A stretch of 25,083 nt of DNA from a virus. Taxonomy: Duplodnaviria > Heunggongvirae > Uroviricota > Caudoviricetes. Below are positions 6,622 through 16,178 of the stretch, piece after piece. Position numbers and translations under genes: made by a program. Every line of letters begins with the position of its first letter. The stretch's first letter is position 1. The stretch lies in the IMG/VR virus record IMGVR_UViG_3300027304_000003; one strand, 5' to 3'. A model generated the notes under the pieces. The model did not search any database and was not told where the DNA came from. It was given only the letters and a program-made list of their open reading frames with translations.

Positions 6622-7420
6622 CGCATCACTGCCTAGATCTGGGTCTACATTATTGCAAAATGTGCTAGCACAAAACCCAGACATATATGCCACTCCTACT
6701 AGTGGTCTATCTACATTACTGCAATCAGCAAAAGAAACATACAGTAGGCGATCTGAGTTTGCTGCATTAGATACAGCTCTTATGAAGAAAGCTTTCTTAG
6801 GATTTTTAAGAGGAGGTATAGAAGGATTTACTAATAATCTTTCAGACAAGCAGTATATCTTAGATAAAAGTTTTAACTGGGGAGGTGATTACTATCTATT
6901 GAAATATATGTTCAATGGAGAGTCACCAAAGATTATAATAATGGTAAGAGATTTGCGTGAAACAATTGCTTCTATGGAATCACAGTATAGATTCTCTCCA
7001 CAACATGTCTATCCTAAAGTTGATTTAGAAACTACACAACTTACTACCTTAGAAAAAAGATTAAAATATTGGGGGACTACTAATCCTTTTGGATTGACTT
7101 TAGATTTTCTTCAAGAGATATTTACAGCTAAGATAGAGAATGAAATATTTTTTGTAAAGTTTGAGGACTTTTGTCAATTTCCAGAACCTATCATAAGGAG
7201 TTTATATAAATATTTAGAAATCCCATATTTTGCTCATGACTTTGATAACATTGAACAAGTGACTGATCAGAACGATGGGTTCTATATATTCAGTCATAAG
7301 ATACGAAAACAACTAAGACCTGTTGAACCTAAGGCTTTAGATATACTTGGACCAGAAGCATGTAACTGGGTGTATAAAAATTATGAGTGGTTCTTTAAAA
7401 AGTTTAATTATGCCTTATAG
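6602..7420 (+). CDS. PAPS-dependent sulfotransferase
   Basis: 5'-PSB loop SLPRSGSTLL, LDKS, 3'-PB IIIMVRDLRETIAS, VKFEDF. Confidence 0.9.
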   Translation: MKKIFYNASLPRSGSTLLQNVLAQNPDIYATPTSGLSTLLQSAKETYSRRSEFAALDTALMKKAFLGFLRGGIEGFTNNLSDKQYILDKSFNWGGDYYLLKYMFNGESPKIIIMVRDLRETIASMESQYRFSPQHVYPKVDLETTQLTTLEKRLKYWGTTNPFGLTLDFLQEIFTAKIENEIFFVKFEDFCQFPEPIIRSLYKYLEIPYFAHDFDNIEQVTDQNDGFYIFSHKIRKQLRPVEPKALDILGPEACNWVYKNYEWFFKKFNYAL

Positions 7421-7907
7421 CTCAACAGCGTTTAAAGAAGAAGTAAAGCGTCACATATTAGCTAACCTACCTCTTCATACTAAAATATTAGATGTAGGTC
7501 CTGGTGCAGGTACATATGGATCAATGTTACGTGACTACTATAATATAGATGGATTAGAAATCCATGAGCCTTATATAGATAAGTTTAACCTTAGAAGTAT
7601 ATACAACAAAGTAATGGTGGGAAACATCCTAGCATTTGACGTCTCTCCATATGATTATATTATATTAGGAGATGTACTAGAGCACATACCAAAGTATGAA
7701 GCTATCAATCTGGTAGCTAAGATTAACTCTGCAGGTAAGAAGTGTTTAATAGCTGTACCTTATCTATATGAGCAAGGAGAGTATGATGGTAATGTACATG
7801 AGATACATCACCAACCAGACTTAACAAATGAAATATTCCTAGAGAGATATCCAAGCATGCACTTGTTATATAAAGATGCAGGATATGGATACTATATAAA
7901 TTATTAA
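7410..7907 (+). CDS. Class I SAM-dependent methyltransferase; likely start ATG 7410
   Basis: ILDVGPGAGTYG motif I, DGLEI, YDYIILGDVLEHI. Confidence 0.9.
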   Translation: MPYSSTAFKEEVKRHILANLPLHTKILDVGPGAGTYGSMLRDYYNIDGLEIHEPYIDKFNLRSIYNKVMVGNILAFDVSPYDYIILGDVLEHIPKYEAINLVAKINSAGKKCLIAVPYLYEQGEYDGNVHEIHHQPDLTNEIFLERYPSMHLLYKDAGYGYYINY

Positions 7908-7908
7908 T

Positions 7909-8559
7909 ATGAGTAATATAGAAACTTTATATCCCCATGGTGGATATATATTTAAACTACACTTTGACTTTGATTGGAAAACATTATATCCAATATGCAA
8001 AGAGTTAGTTAACTCAGAACTTGCATACTCTCCACTAGTAAAGAATGGTAAGAGTTCACATATGAACAAGCTATCTCCTCATAAGATAGAAGAATTTAGA
8101 CCATATTATATGTGGTTGTCTTCTTTAATTAAAGAAATCTTTACAAAGAATTGTCAATACTCTGAGGATGTAATGGAATATTTTGTTGCTAATAGTTGGG
8201 TGAATGTACAAGGAAATGGAGGACACACTACAGTGCACAATCATGCTAATGTATTTATGGTGGCAACTGCTTATTTGAATCTACCTAAAAATGGTGGGTT
8301 CTTTGAATGCGTAGATCCATTGGAGTATAACAAAAGTAATCAGTATCACGATGATCCTAATTGGATGTGGAAAGAAGTGCCTGCAATAACTGGTGATGTG
8401 TTAGTGTTTCCTGGTTGGTTAAAACATAGAACACAAGTGAACAATGCTCACTCTAAATTACTTATTGATGACAATGGTGTAGGACGTGAGGAAAACTCAT
8501 CTGAAGATAGATGGGTTTTGACTACAAACTTTACACAAGAATTTAAAGAAATAGTATAA
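7909..8559 (+). CDS. 2OG-Fe(II) oxygenase, TIGR02466-like (HxH...H)
   Basis: NSWVN...HNH...AYL...VLVFPGWLKH...RWVLTTNF. Confidence 0.85.
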   Translation: MSNIETLYPHGGYIFKLHFDFDWKTLYPICKELVNSELAYSPLVKNGKSSHMNKLSPHKIEEFRPYYMWLSSLIKEIFTKNCQYSEDVMEYFVANSWVNVQGNGGHTTVHNHANVFMVATAYLNLPKNGGFFECVDPLEYNKSNQYHDDPNWMWKEVPAITGDVLVFPGWLKHRTQVNNAHSKLLIDDNGVGREENSSEDRWVLTTNFTQEFKEIV

Positions 8560-9512
8560 TGAAACCAGTCTGTTTAAACTTAGAAGAATGTAATGGGTTA
8601 GGGGACCTTATATGTGCCACCCCCACCATCAAGAAACTACATGATGCATACCAAAGAAAGATCACTGTCATCTCTCAGATGCCTGAGCTATTTAAAATGA
8701 ATCCCTATGTAGAGAAGAGCTACAAAGCTGCATCAATAGATATGGATTATTTCAAAGCTAATTACATAATGCACAACTCTTTCTATCTAGTAGGTAAGAA
8801 GGATGAGCGTGGTATAGAGATGAAGCATAACATGATGGACATCAGACAGTTCCATGCTATACACCTAGGATTTATGCTTGGACAAAATGAACTAGAATGT
8901 TATTACAAACCTACAGAAGAAGATGCTTGTACAGATGGATTTAGTGATAAAAGTACATCTGGTACCAAAAGATATATAGTGATACATCCTGTTAACAGCT
9001 GGCCTAATAGAACATGGTCACAAGAGAACTGGTTAAACTTATCTAAAGAATTGATTAAATGGGGATATAATGTAGTGGCTGTAGGAAAAGATAGCTCTGA
9101 GACAGGGTTCTTTAATGTACAGAAACCTGTACATGAGATGGACAATAACATTACTAATCTAATGAATAAGACATCCATATCTCAAACGTGGTATCTGATT
9201 AATAATGCTGCAGCTGTTATCACCATGGACTCAGGTATTCTTCATCTAGCAGGTACAACAGAAACACCTATAATTGAATTAGGATCTCCCATCAACCCTG
9301 AGTTTCGTAGACCATATAGAAAGACTAGTAAGCATATATACGTAAGAGGAGGCTGTGGATTACACTGCAGTTCTAACATGAAGTATGCTCTTGAGTATTG
9401 GCCTACGATAGACTACGTACAACCACTGATTGGATGCTTAGAGAAGAAAGAAACCTTTGAGTGTCATCCATCTGTAGCACAAGTAATTCATGCAATTAAC
9501 AATAACATATGA
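8559..9512 (+). CDS. GT9-family (heptosyltransferase-like) glycosyltransferase with C-terminal Cys cluster
   Basis: GLGDLICATP, IVIHP...RTW, ITMDSGILHLA; C-terminal CGLHC...C...FECH. Confidence 0.85.
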   Translation: MKPVCLNLEECNGLGDLICATPTIKKLHDAYQRKITVISQMPELFKMNPYVEKSYKAASIDMDYFKANYIMHNSFYLVGKKDERGIEMKHNMMDIRQFHAIHLGFMLGQNELECYYKPTEEDACTDGFSDKSTSGTKRYIVIHPVNSWPNRTWSQENWLNLSKELIKWGYNVVAVGKDSSETGFFNVQKPVHEMDNNITNLMNKTSISQTWYLINNAAAVITMDSGILHLAGTTETPIIELGSPINPEFRRPYRKTSKHIYVRGGCGLHCSSNMKYALEYWPTIDYVQPLIGCLEKKETFECHPSVAQVIHAINNNI

Positions 9513-12172
9513 AAAAACTATTAATCATCACTCCTCACTTATCAACAGGAGGAGCACCACAGGTAACTGTAAATAAAGTAGAACTATTAAAAGATCACTT
9601 TGAAATCAAAGTGGTAGAGTATGCATTCTTAGCATGGCAGTTTGTTGTACAAAGAAATAGAATCATTGACATGCTTACAGAAGGAGTTAACTTCCATTCT
9701 TTAGGAGAGAATAAGTTTGATGAACTGTTGCAAATTCTGCAAGACTTCAAACCAGATGTAATCTCTATGGAAGAATTCCCTGAGATGTTTATGAATGAAG
9801 AATGTGCTGACTATATATATGATGCAGAGAGACCATGGAAGGTTGTAGAAACTACACATGATAGTTCATTCAATCCTAAAAACAAATACTATCTACCTGA
9901 TAAGTTTGTATTTGTCAGCTCATATAATTCATTCCAATACATTACATTAAATGTGCCTACAGAGGTAATTGAATATCCTATTGATAAGAAGGTTAGAAAC
10001 AAGGTAGAAAGACAACAACAACTTGGCTTAGATCCTGAATACAAACACTTTGTAACTGTAGGGTTGTTTACTCCTAGAAAGAACCAAGCATATGCATTCC
10101 AGTTGGCAGAGAGACTTAAGAACAACAAGGTTAAGTTTCACTTCCTAGGTAACCAAGCTGGTAACTTTGCTAACTATTGGCAACCATTGATGGCTAACAA
10201 ACCAGACAACTGTGTTGTGTGGGGAGAGCGTAATGATGTAAGTGAATTCTTAGAAGCATGTGATGTGTTTTTGTTCCCATCTAAAGGAGACAGAGGTAAT
10301 AAGGAGTTAAATCCTATTGCTATTAAGGAAGCCATGGAATATGATGACTTGATCAAAGTAATGTACAACCTGGATGTATACTGTAACAAGTACAACGATG
10401 AAGAGAACATGGTTTATTTAACTGGAGATCTTGGTAGTGATACTACCAATATTATCAAAAAACTAAACCTAGATGTATTAGATGAAGAGTGTATCATCTT
10501 GGGCACCTATCCAAATATTAAGGACAGAGTGCAATGGACCAAGGATACCATACTGTCTCTAAAGCCATTAGGTAGAAAGATTATACTAGTATCTCACTAT
10601 CCTGTAGACCAGGACATACAACGTATGGTGGATTACTATATCTATGATAAGCACAACCCTTTAACTCACCACAGTTACTACACTAGGTTTTATCATGATA
10701 CACCAGAGTACTTTGCTGAGATCAATATCAATGGATTGAAGGATAGCAATCAGTCCCTTACAGTGCTAGTAAACATGTTCAATGCAGCTAAGGTTGCTAA
10801 AGAGCTTGGATTCAAGAGATTCTTCTATACTACGTATGATGTTATGTTAGATCCTAGAGACATACCTGCAGTGAATGAAGCATTTAGAACAGATAAAAAG
10901 TTATATGCTGCTACACTACCTACACCACAGGGTAAAGGTATTCAGACCAATGGTATTATGTTTGACACAGACTTCTTCTTAAAAGAGTTTGATGATGTAC
11001 GTACAGCAGAGGAATGGAATGCTGTATGTAAACGTAGAAGATGTGAGAACTATCTAGAAGACTATTTGTCAAAGGTTATTTTTAGCTTCAATCCTAATGA
11101 TATTCAAGTGGTTACAACTGACAAGGATACTATGTTGATACACAGTGGGTTAGGTGTAGCATCTAATAGTGAGTATTATTCTATCATCCCTGTTGTTGGA
11201 AAACCAAACACTTATGTGTTCTATTTCTTTACATATAACAGAGACTTTAGAAACATTTATATATCTATTGAAGATTACATGTGGAAAAGAATCATACCAG
11301 CTAAGAACCATGAACTTCTTTATCAGTTTGAATTCAAAGGAGAACCTATTAATGTAAGAATGGATTTCTATGATGGTGATATAACTTATAAGGTGGAAGA
11401 GTTTATAATAAACAAAGACACATTACCTCTATACAAAAATACAGGTAAGTTTCAATGGAAGAAGAAGGATAGACCTAAGATTAAATTAGTTCATATACAA
11501 ACCACACTAAATGATGAAAGAGAAAGAGCAAGTAGAGAGTCCCTTATCAGCGTTGTCAACCATGGATGGGAATATAAGTTACATCTTAACCAGCCCTATA
11601 AGTCATTACCACCATCATATAACTGTCTCAGACCCAGTTGTGTTTCAATGGAACTCTTCAATGAGGAGCAAGTTCGACAGTATGGCACTGCACTTACCCC
11701 AGCACATTATGGATGCTATCAAGCATTCAAAGATGCCATCTTAAGTGAATTCAATAACTGTGACTACTTGATAGTGTGTGAAGGTGATTGTATTATTGAG
11801 ACAGACATACACTTTTTCGTACAAAAAGTTGAGGAATGTGCACACTTATTGGGACCAAACAACATAGAGTTTATGTCCTTTGGAGATAAAGATACATTAG
11901 AACATGGATGGCCTCAGAGTCCTGTTATTAAAGATGTGAACGATGACATGTATGTCACTAATCATCTTATAGGTTTACAATGTATCATGTTCCCTGCACA
12001 TGTATCTCCATGGTTAAAAGAAACTTTAAGAATGCACAAATGGGATGCTGCTGATATGTATTTTAATAATATCTTTGCAGGAGACAAAATGGGTATAGTT
12101 AAGAAAAGACTTACCACACAGGCAGATGGATTTTCTTTAATAGACAACATGCAAAAAACATTTAGAAAATGA
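9509..12172 (+). CDS. Multidomain glycosyltransferase: GT4 (GT-B) + unknown middle domain + GT25-like C-terminus
   Basis: PHLSTGGA, VGLFTPRKNQ and CDVFLFPS...ELNPIAIKEAM (GT4); IILGTYPN...ILVSHYP...DYYIYDKHN (middle); YGCYQAF...LIVCEGDC (GT25-like). Confidence 0.75.
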   Translation: MKKLLIITPHLSTGGAPQVTVNKVELLKDHFEIKVVEYAFLAWQFVVQRNRIIDMLTEGVNFHSLGENKFDELLQILQDFKPDVISMEEFPEMFMNEECADYIYDAERPWKVVETTHDSSFNPKNKYYLPDKFVFVSSYNSFQYITLNVPTEVIEYPIDKKVRNKVERQQQLGLDPEYKHFVTVGLFTPRKNQAYAFQLAERLKNNKVKFHFLGNQAGNFANYWQPLMANKPDNCVVWGERNDVSEFLEACDVFLFPSKGDRGNKELNPIAIKEAMEYDDLIKVMYNLDVYCNKYNDEENMVYLTGDLGSDTTNIIKKLNLDVLDEECIILGTYPNIKDRVQWTKDTILSLKPLGRKIILVSHYPVDQDIQRMVDYYIYDKHNPLTHHSYYTRFYHDTPEYFAEININGLKDSNQSLTVLVNMFNAAKVAKELGFKRFFYTTYDVMLDPRDIPAVNEAFRTDKKLYAATLPTPQGKGIQTNGIMFDTDFFLKEFDDVRTAEEWNAVCKRRRCENYLEDYLSKVIFSFNPNDIQVVTTDKDTMLIHSGLGVASNSEYYSIIPVVGKPNTYVFYFFTYNRDFRNIYISIEDYMWKRIIPAKNHELLYQFEFKGEPINVRMDFYDGDITYKVEEFIINKDTLPLYKNTGKFQWKKKDRPKIKLVHIQTTLNDERERASRESLISVVNHGWEYKLHLNQPYKSLPPSYNCLRPSCVSMELFNEEQVRQYGTALTPAHYGCYQAFKDAILSEFNNCDYLIVCEGDCIIETDIHFFVQKVEECAHLLGPNNIEFMSFGDKDTLEHGWPQSPVIKDVNDDMYVTNHLIGLQCIMFPAHVSPWLKETLRMHKWDAADMYFNNIFAGDKMGIVKKRLTTQADGFSLIDNMQKTFRK

Positions 12173-13182
12173 GAATAGTACACGTAGCTACAGGACTAAT
12201 TACCATACCACCAAATGGATGGGGAGCTGTAGAAAGACTTATATGGGAATATAAACAAGGACTTGAGAAGCTTGGTGATGTTGTAGACATCAGATATATG
12301 AATGAGCTAGAGAGATGGCCTGATACAATTGTACACGCACATCTAGCTAACCAGGCTTTGTATTGTAGAGACAAAGGTATACCTTATGTATATTCTCTAC
12401 ATGATCATCATACAGAATGGTATGGTAAAGATAGCTGGGTATATAAGCAAAACCTAGAGGCTATGAAACATAGCATTATATCTTTTACACATGCTGAGTA
12501 TCTGATAGACTATTTCAGTGAGACTGATAAGTTGTTCTATCTAAGACATGGAGCTAACACAGAATTCTTCACACCAGAATACAGAATGGGTCCACATAAA
12601 CTATTGATGATAGCTAACAATGGACTAGCAGGTGACTCAGGCTTTGATAGAAAAGGATTTAGATATGGTATAGAAGCAGCTAGAGAACTAGATCTTCCTA
12701 TCACCATTGCTGGTCATCCTAATAATGAGAAGTTCTTTGATATACATATAGAGTTAATGAACTATAAAAAGTTAACTTTAAAGTTAACAAATCCTACAGA
12801 TGAAGAAGTCAGAGAATTGTATCAAGATCATAGCATCTTCTTACATCCATCTATGCTAGAAGCAGGACATCCTAACCTTACATTATGTGAAGCAGCTAGC
12901 TCTTGTATACCTATTGTAGGAACCTACAGAGGATCTAAACACTTCCCTGGTATGTGGGTGTTACCAAACATCAGTACAGAGAGTGTAATGCTTGGTATTA
13001 CAGAGACAATTAAGACATACGAACATCGTGTAAAAGAAATGCAAGATGCACGTGACTATCACAGCTGGGACAATGTAGCTAAGACATTACATAAATACTA
13101 TGAGAATATTTCTAAGATAACTGAAGGATATGACTCAGAGAAGACAAAACAATTATACATCAATTTATACAATAATTTATGA
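12169..13182 (+). CDS. GT4 glycosyltransferase
   Basis: IPPNGWGAVER, RKG, FLHPS..EAGHPNLTLCEA...PIV. Confidence 0.9.
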   Translation: MRIVHVATGLITIPPNGWGAVERLIWEYKQGLEKLGDVVDIRYMNELERWPDTIVHAHLANQALYCRDKGIPYVYSLHDHHTEWYGKDSWVYKQNLEAMKHSIISFTHAEYLIDYFSETDKLFYLRHGANTEFFTPEYRMGPHKLLMIANNGLAGDSGFDRKGFRYGIEAARELDLPITIAGHPNNEKFFDIHIELMNYKKLTLKLTNPTDEEVRELYQDHSIFLHPSMLEAGHPNLTLCEAASSCIPIVGTYRGSKHFPGMWVLPNISTESVMLGITETIKTYEHRVKEMQDARDYHSWDNVAKTLHKYYENISKITEGYDSEKTKQLYINLYNNL

Positions 13183-13775
13183 GAGTAGAAATGTTATCAA
13201 TTGCAGACTTCTATAATAACGTAGATGAGGTGAGAAACTTTGCAATGCAACAAGAATTTCTTGGTGAAGAAGCTCACTTCCCAGGTAAGAGAACTAAATC
13301 ATTTTTAAATGATAGTGTTAAAGAGATAATTCAAAGTACCATGAGACCATTTGCAGGAGACGTTACGTGGTGGGGAGATCACAACTCTGGAGCATTTCAA
13401 TACACCACAGCAGCAGACAGATCGTGGATACACTCTGATGGTAATGCTGATTGGGCTGGTGTACTTTATCTAACTCCTGATGCACCATTAAGTTCAGGTA
13501 CAGGGATATTTAAACATAAAGCAACTGGTCTTAGAAACTGGATATATAAAGATCATTTTACAGAAGAAGATAAATATGGTGTTAAAGATGCACCTCATCG
13601 TGGTGCTGATTCTGTTGACTATACCAAATGGGAGATGGTGGATAGAATAGGTAATATGTATAATAGACTTATAATATATAGAGGTGATCTATTTCATGTA
13701 TCTTTGGATTACTTTGGTAAAGATTTACAAACAGGAAGATTGTTTCAAACATTCTTTTTTAATACAGAGAAATGA
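13179..13775 (+). CDS. DUF6445-like 2OG-Fe(II) oxygenase-fold protein (HxD...H)
   Basis: DFY...FPGKRT...WIHSD...WAGVLYLTP...GT...YNRLIIYRGDLFH...RLFQTFFFN. Confidence 0.75.
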   Translation: MRVEMLSIADFYNNVDEVRNFAMQQEFLGEEAHFPGKRTKSFLNDSVKEIIQSTMRPFAGDVTWWGDHNSGAFQYTTAADRSWIHSDGNADWAGVLYLTPDAPLSSGTGIFKHKATGLRNWIYKDHFTEEDKYGVKDAPHRGADSVDYTKWEMVDRIGNMYNRLIIYRGDLFHVSLDYFGKDLQTGRLFQTFFFNTEK

Positions 13776-14869
13776 TAACATACAATTTACACCATGTTAA
13801 TGGTCTTTATTTTCAGCTATTAGATGATGCTGGTAAGAATAGAGAATATGATATAAGTTTTGTAGATAGAAAAGGTAAGGTGGAAGGTATGCTTACAGAT
13901 CAACATGTAACTATCTATGAAACAAAATTAAAGATAGGAGGTTGGGCTAGACTAAGTAGAAAGTATCTATCTGATATAGCCATATTTATTAAATATGAAG
14001 GACGTATAGTCAAGCAAGTAAACTTGTTAGACGAGCTTAAAGATAAACCTGTGTTTATTGTATTTGAATCTAAGAGTCTTGGTGATAGCATAGCTTGGAT
14101 GCCATATTGTTTAGAGATGCAAGAAGTTTATAAATGTAAGGTGATTGTATCTACATTTAAGAATGAGTTGTTTGAATCTGTTTATCCTGAACTAAAGTTT
14201 GTAGGCAGAGGAGTAACAGTAGATAATATCAAAGCAATGGTTGAACTAGGATGGTTTTGGGAAACTGATAAAGAACCTGTACACCCTGCAACTATACCAT
14301 TACAACAAGCAGCAAGTAATATATTAGCTTTACCATTTAGAGAGATACAACCTAGGATAGCTTTCACACCAGGAGAAAGACCTGTAGTTAATCAGTACAT
14401 CTGTATATCAACTAGATCTACAGCACAATGTAAGCATTGGTATTATTGGCCACAGCTAATAGAAAAACTAAAGAGCTGGGGATACAGAGTGTTTGAGCTT
14501 TCACAAGAAGCAGATGACTATGGAGCAGAGACATTAGAAGATAAATCATTACAGAACGTAATGAACTATCTACATCATGCAGATATGTTTATTGGTCTTT
14601 CTAGTGGTATCAGCTGGTTGAACTGGGGTATAGGTAAACACACTGTAATGATTTCTAACTTCACAACACCTGATCATGAATTCCAAGATAACTGTACACG
14701 TATAGTTAACTTAGAAGTATGTAATGGCTGTTGGAATAATCCTGTGTTCAAGTTTAATAAAGGTGACTGGAACTGGTGTCCAGAGCATGAAGATACACCT
14801 AGACACTTTGAGTGTCATAAGTCAATCACTGTGGATACAGTATTAGAAACAATAAAACAATTATTATGA
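13772..14869 (+). CDS. Autotransporter O-heptosyltransferase (Aah/TibC, BAHT)-like protein O-glycosyltransferase
   Basis: SLGDSIAWMPY, ICIST.STAQCKHW, ADMFIGLSSGISWL.W..GKHTVMISNFT...EF, and four-Cys CNGCWN...WCP...FECHKSI. Confidence 0.9.
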   Translation: MITYNLHHVNGLYFQLLDDAGKNREYDISFVDRKGKVEGMLTDQHVTIYETKLKIGGWARLSRKYLSDIAIFIKYEGRIVKQVNLLDELKDKPVFIVFESKSLGDSIAWMPYCLEMQEVYKCKVIVSTFKNELFESVYPELKFVGRGVTVDNIKAMVELGWFWETDKEPVHPATIPLQQAASNILALPFREIQPRIAFTPGERPVVNQYICISTRSTAQCKHWYYWPQLIEKLKSWGYRVFELSQEADDYGAETLEDKSLQNVMNYLHHADMFIGLSSGISWLNWGIGKHTVMISNFTTPDHEFQDNCTRIVNLEVCNGCWNNPVFKFNKGDWNWCPEHEDTPRHFECHKSITVDTVLETIKQLL

Positions 14870-15513
14870 AAGGAGAAGTATTTGGGATATTCCCAACACC
14901 AGTTTTGAAATTCAAAATGGATAGAGACTTTACTAAAGAAGAGATAGACTTTATATATGATCAACAGGATAAGGTTCCTCAACCTCCATACTTTATAAAT
15001 TTAGGAAACATTGCTACGACTAGTAAGAGAATTCTTGAGCGTCCAGAGATGGCTAGTTTAAAAAAGATTGTAGAAGATTGTTTGAATCAATGGTGCATTA
15101 ATATTTATGCTCCTCGCAACCCTGAGTCATTTAAACTAAAGATAACTCAATCTTGGTTAAACTATACAAAACCAGGAGAGCGTCATGATAGACACTATCA
15201 TCCAAATAGTATAGTGAGTGGTGCTATTTATATAGATACTAATCCAGTGCAAGATCAGATTACATTTAACTCTGGTAAGATGTATGATTACTATATACCA
15301 TGGATTGCTTTGAATCAATTCAACTCCATGGAATCTACTATATCTTTAGATAAAAAAGATATAGTTTTATTTCCTTCTAACTTAAATCATTCTGTTCCAG
15401 AAAATACAGGAACAACTACAAGAGTTAGCTTAGCATTTAATTCTTTCTTTGAAGGTACTCTTGGAGTTTCTTCTGATGTACCAAACTATATACAGTTCAA
15501 TAGTGTAGAATAA
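14866..15513 (+). CDS. 2OG-Fe(II) oxygenase, TIGR02466-like (HxH...H)
   Basis: IFPTP, ITQSWLN...HYHPNSIVSGAIYI...VLFPSNLNHSV...RVSLAFN. Confidence 0.9.
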   Translation: MKGEVFGIFPTPVLKFKMDRDFTKEEIDFIYDQQDKVPQPPYFINLGNIATTSKRILERPEMASLKKIVEDCLNQWCINIYAPRNPESFKLKITQSWLNYTKPGERHDRHYHPNSIVSGAIYIDTNPVQDQITFNSGKMYDYYIPWIALNQFNSMESTISLDKKDIVLFPSNLNHSVPENTGTTTRVSLAFNSFFEGTLGVSSDVPNYIQFNSVE

Positions 15514-15540
15514 AAAAGGGGCTTTAATTAGCCCCTTTTT
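15512..15540. terminator. Bidirectional intrinsic terminator
   Basis: AAAAAA-GGGGCT-ttaatt-AGCCCC-TTTTT between two convergent genes. Confidence 0.9.
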
Positions 15541-15548
15541 AATATATC

Positions 15549-16142
15549 TTATTTATAATGTCCTCCTCCCACCCAGAGAACAAATGAACGTCTCACTCCT
15601 TTAGTAACAGGTGTCACTCTATGCATCATGTAAGAAGGGAATATAAATACCACTCCTTTTCCTCTTGGTGCTTTTTGTATATCTTGACCACCTTTCCAGT
15701 ATTCAAGATCACCTCCTTCATATTCATCAGGACCTGATAGTTGAACTGTAATACTTACTTTTCTTGTAGATAGAGCACCAGGACCAATGTCTTGATGCCA
15801 TCCATAATGTCCATCATTAGTTGCATGGTATTCTGTATATTGAATATCATCTAACACTGAATACAGATCAAAGTTCCAAACATTATCATTGGCTTCTATA
15901 ATCATAGCCATCATTTTATCATATAGCCATCCCCACTCTTTATTTTTTGGAACCCATTTAACAGATGAAGATCTTATACTTTTATCTTGGTTATTTTCTG
16001 GACCAGTTCCAGCATTTATAAATTGAATATTTGCAACATCTTTATATATCTTATCTAGCTCTTCATCAGTAAATCCTTTTTCAAAGAAATAATAATTTTG
16101 AGTATCTACTAACTTTGGTTCAAACAATACATTGGAATACAT
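15549..16142 (-). CDS. 2OG-Fe(II) oxygenase, PKHD / prolyl-hydroxylase-like (HxD...H)
   Basis: QYTEY...YGWHQD...RKVSITVQLS...YEGGDL...IFPSYMMHRVTPVTKGVRRS. Confidence 0.9.
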   Translation of the reverse strand: MYSNVLFEPKLVDTQNYYFFEKGFTDEELDKIYKDVANIQFINAGTGPENNQDKSIRSSSVKWVPKNKEWGWLYDKMMAMIIEANDNVWNFDLYSVLDDIQYTEYHATNDGHYGWHQDIGPGALSTRKVSITVQLSGPDEYEGGDLEYWKGGQDIQKAPRGKGVVFIFPSYMMHRVTPVTKGVRRSFVLWVGGGHYK

Positions 16143-16162
16143 AAAAAAAGATTTAGTTCCTA

Positions 16163-16170
16163 CAAAGATA
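16163..16170 (-). promoter_or_regulatory. -7 element TATCTTTG for the oxygenase gene
   Basis: Same octamer as at 2001-2008, in a 36-nt intergenic gap; no matching -33 TTG. Confidence 0.5.
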
Positions 16171-16178
16171 CGTACAAA

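Noticed and set aside
4764-7410. Longest-ORF starts at 5090, 5339, 5759 and 7347
   Set aside because: Downstream ATGs (5066, 5327, 5810, 7410) fit domain boundaries and the promoter positions better; 5759 would overlap the promoter region.
6616-14367. Short antisense or off-frame ORFs inside the enzyme operon
   Set aside because: Fully nested in well-supported genes, with no motifs.
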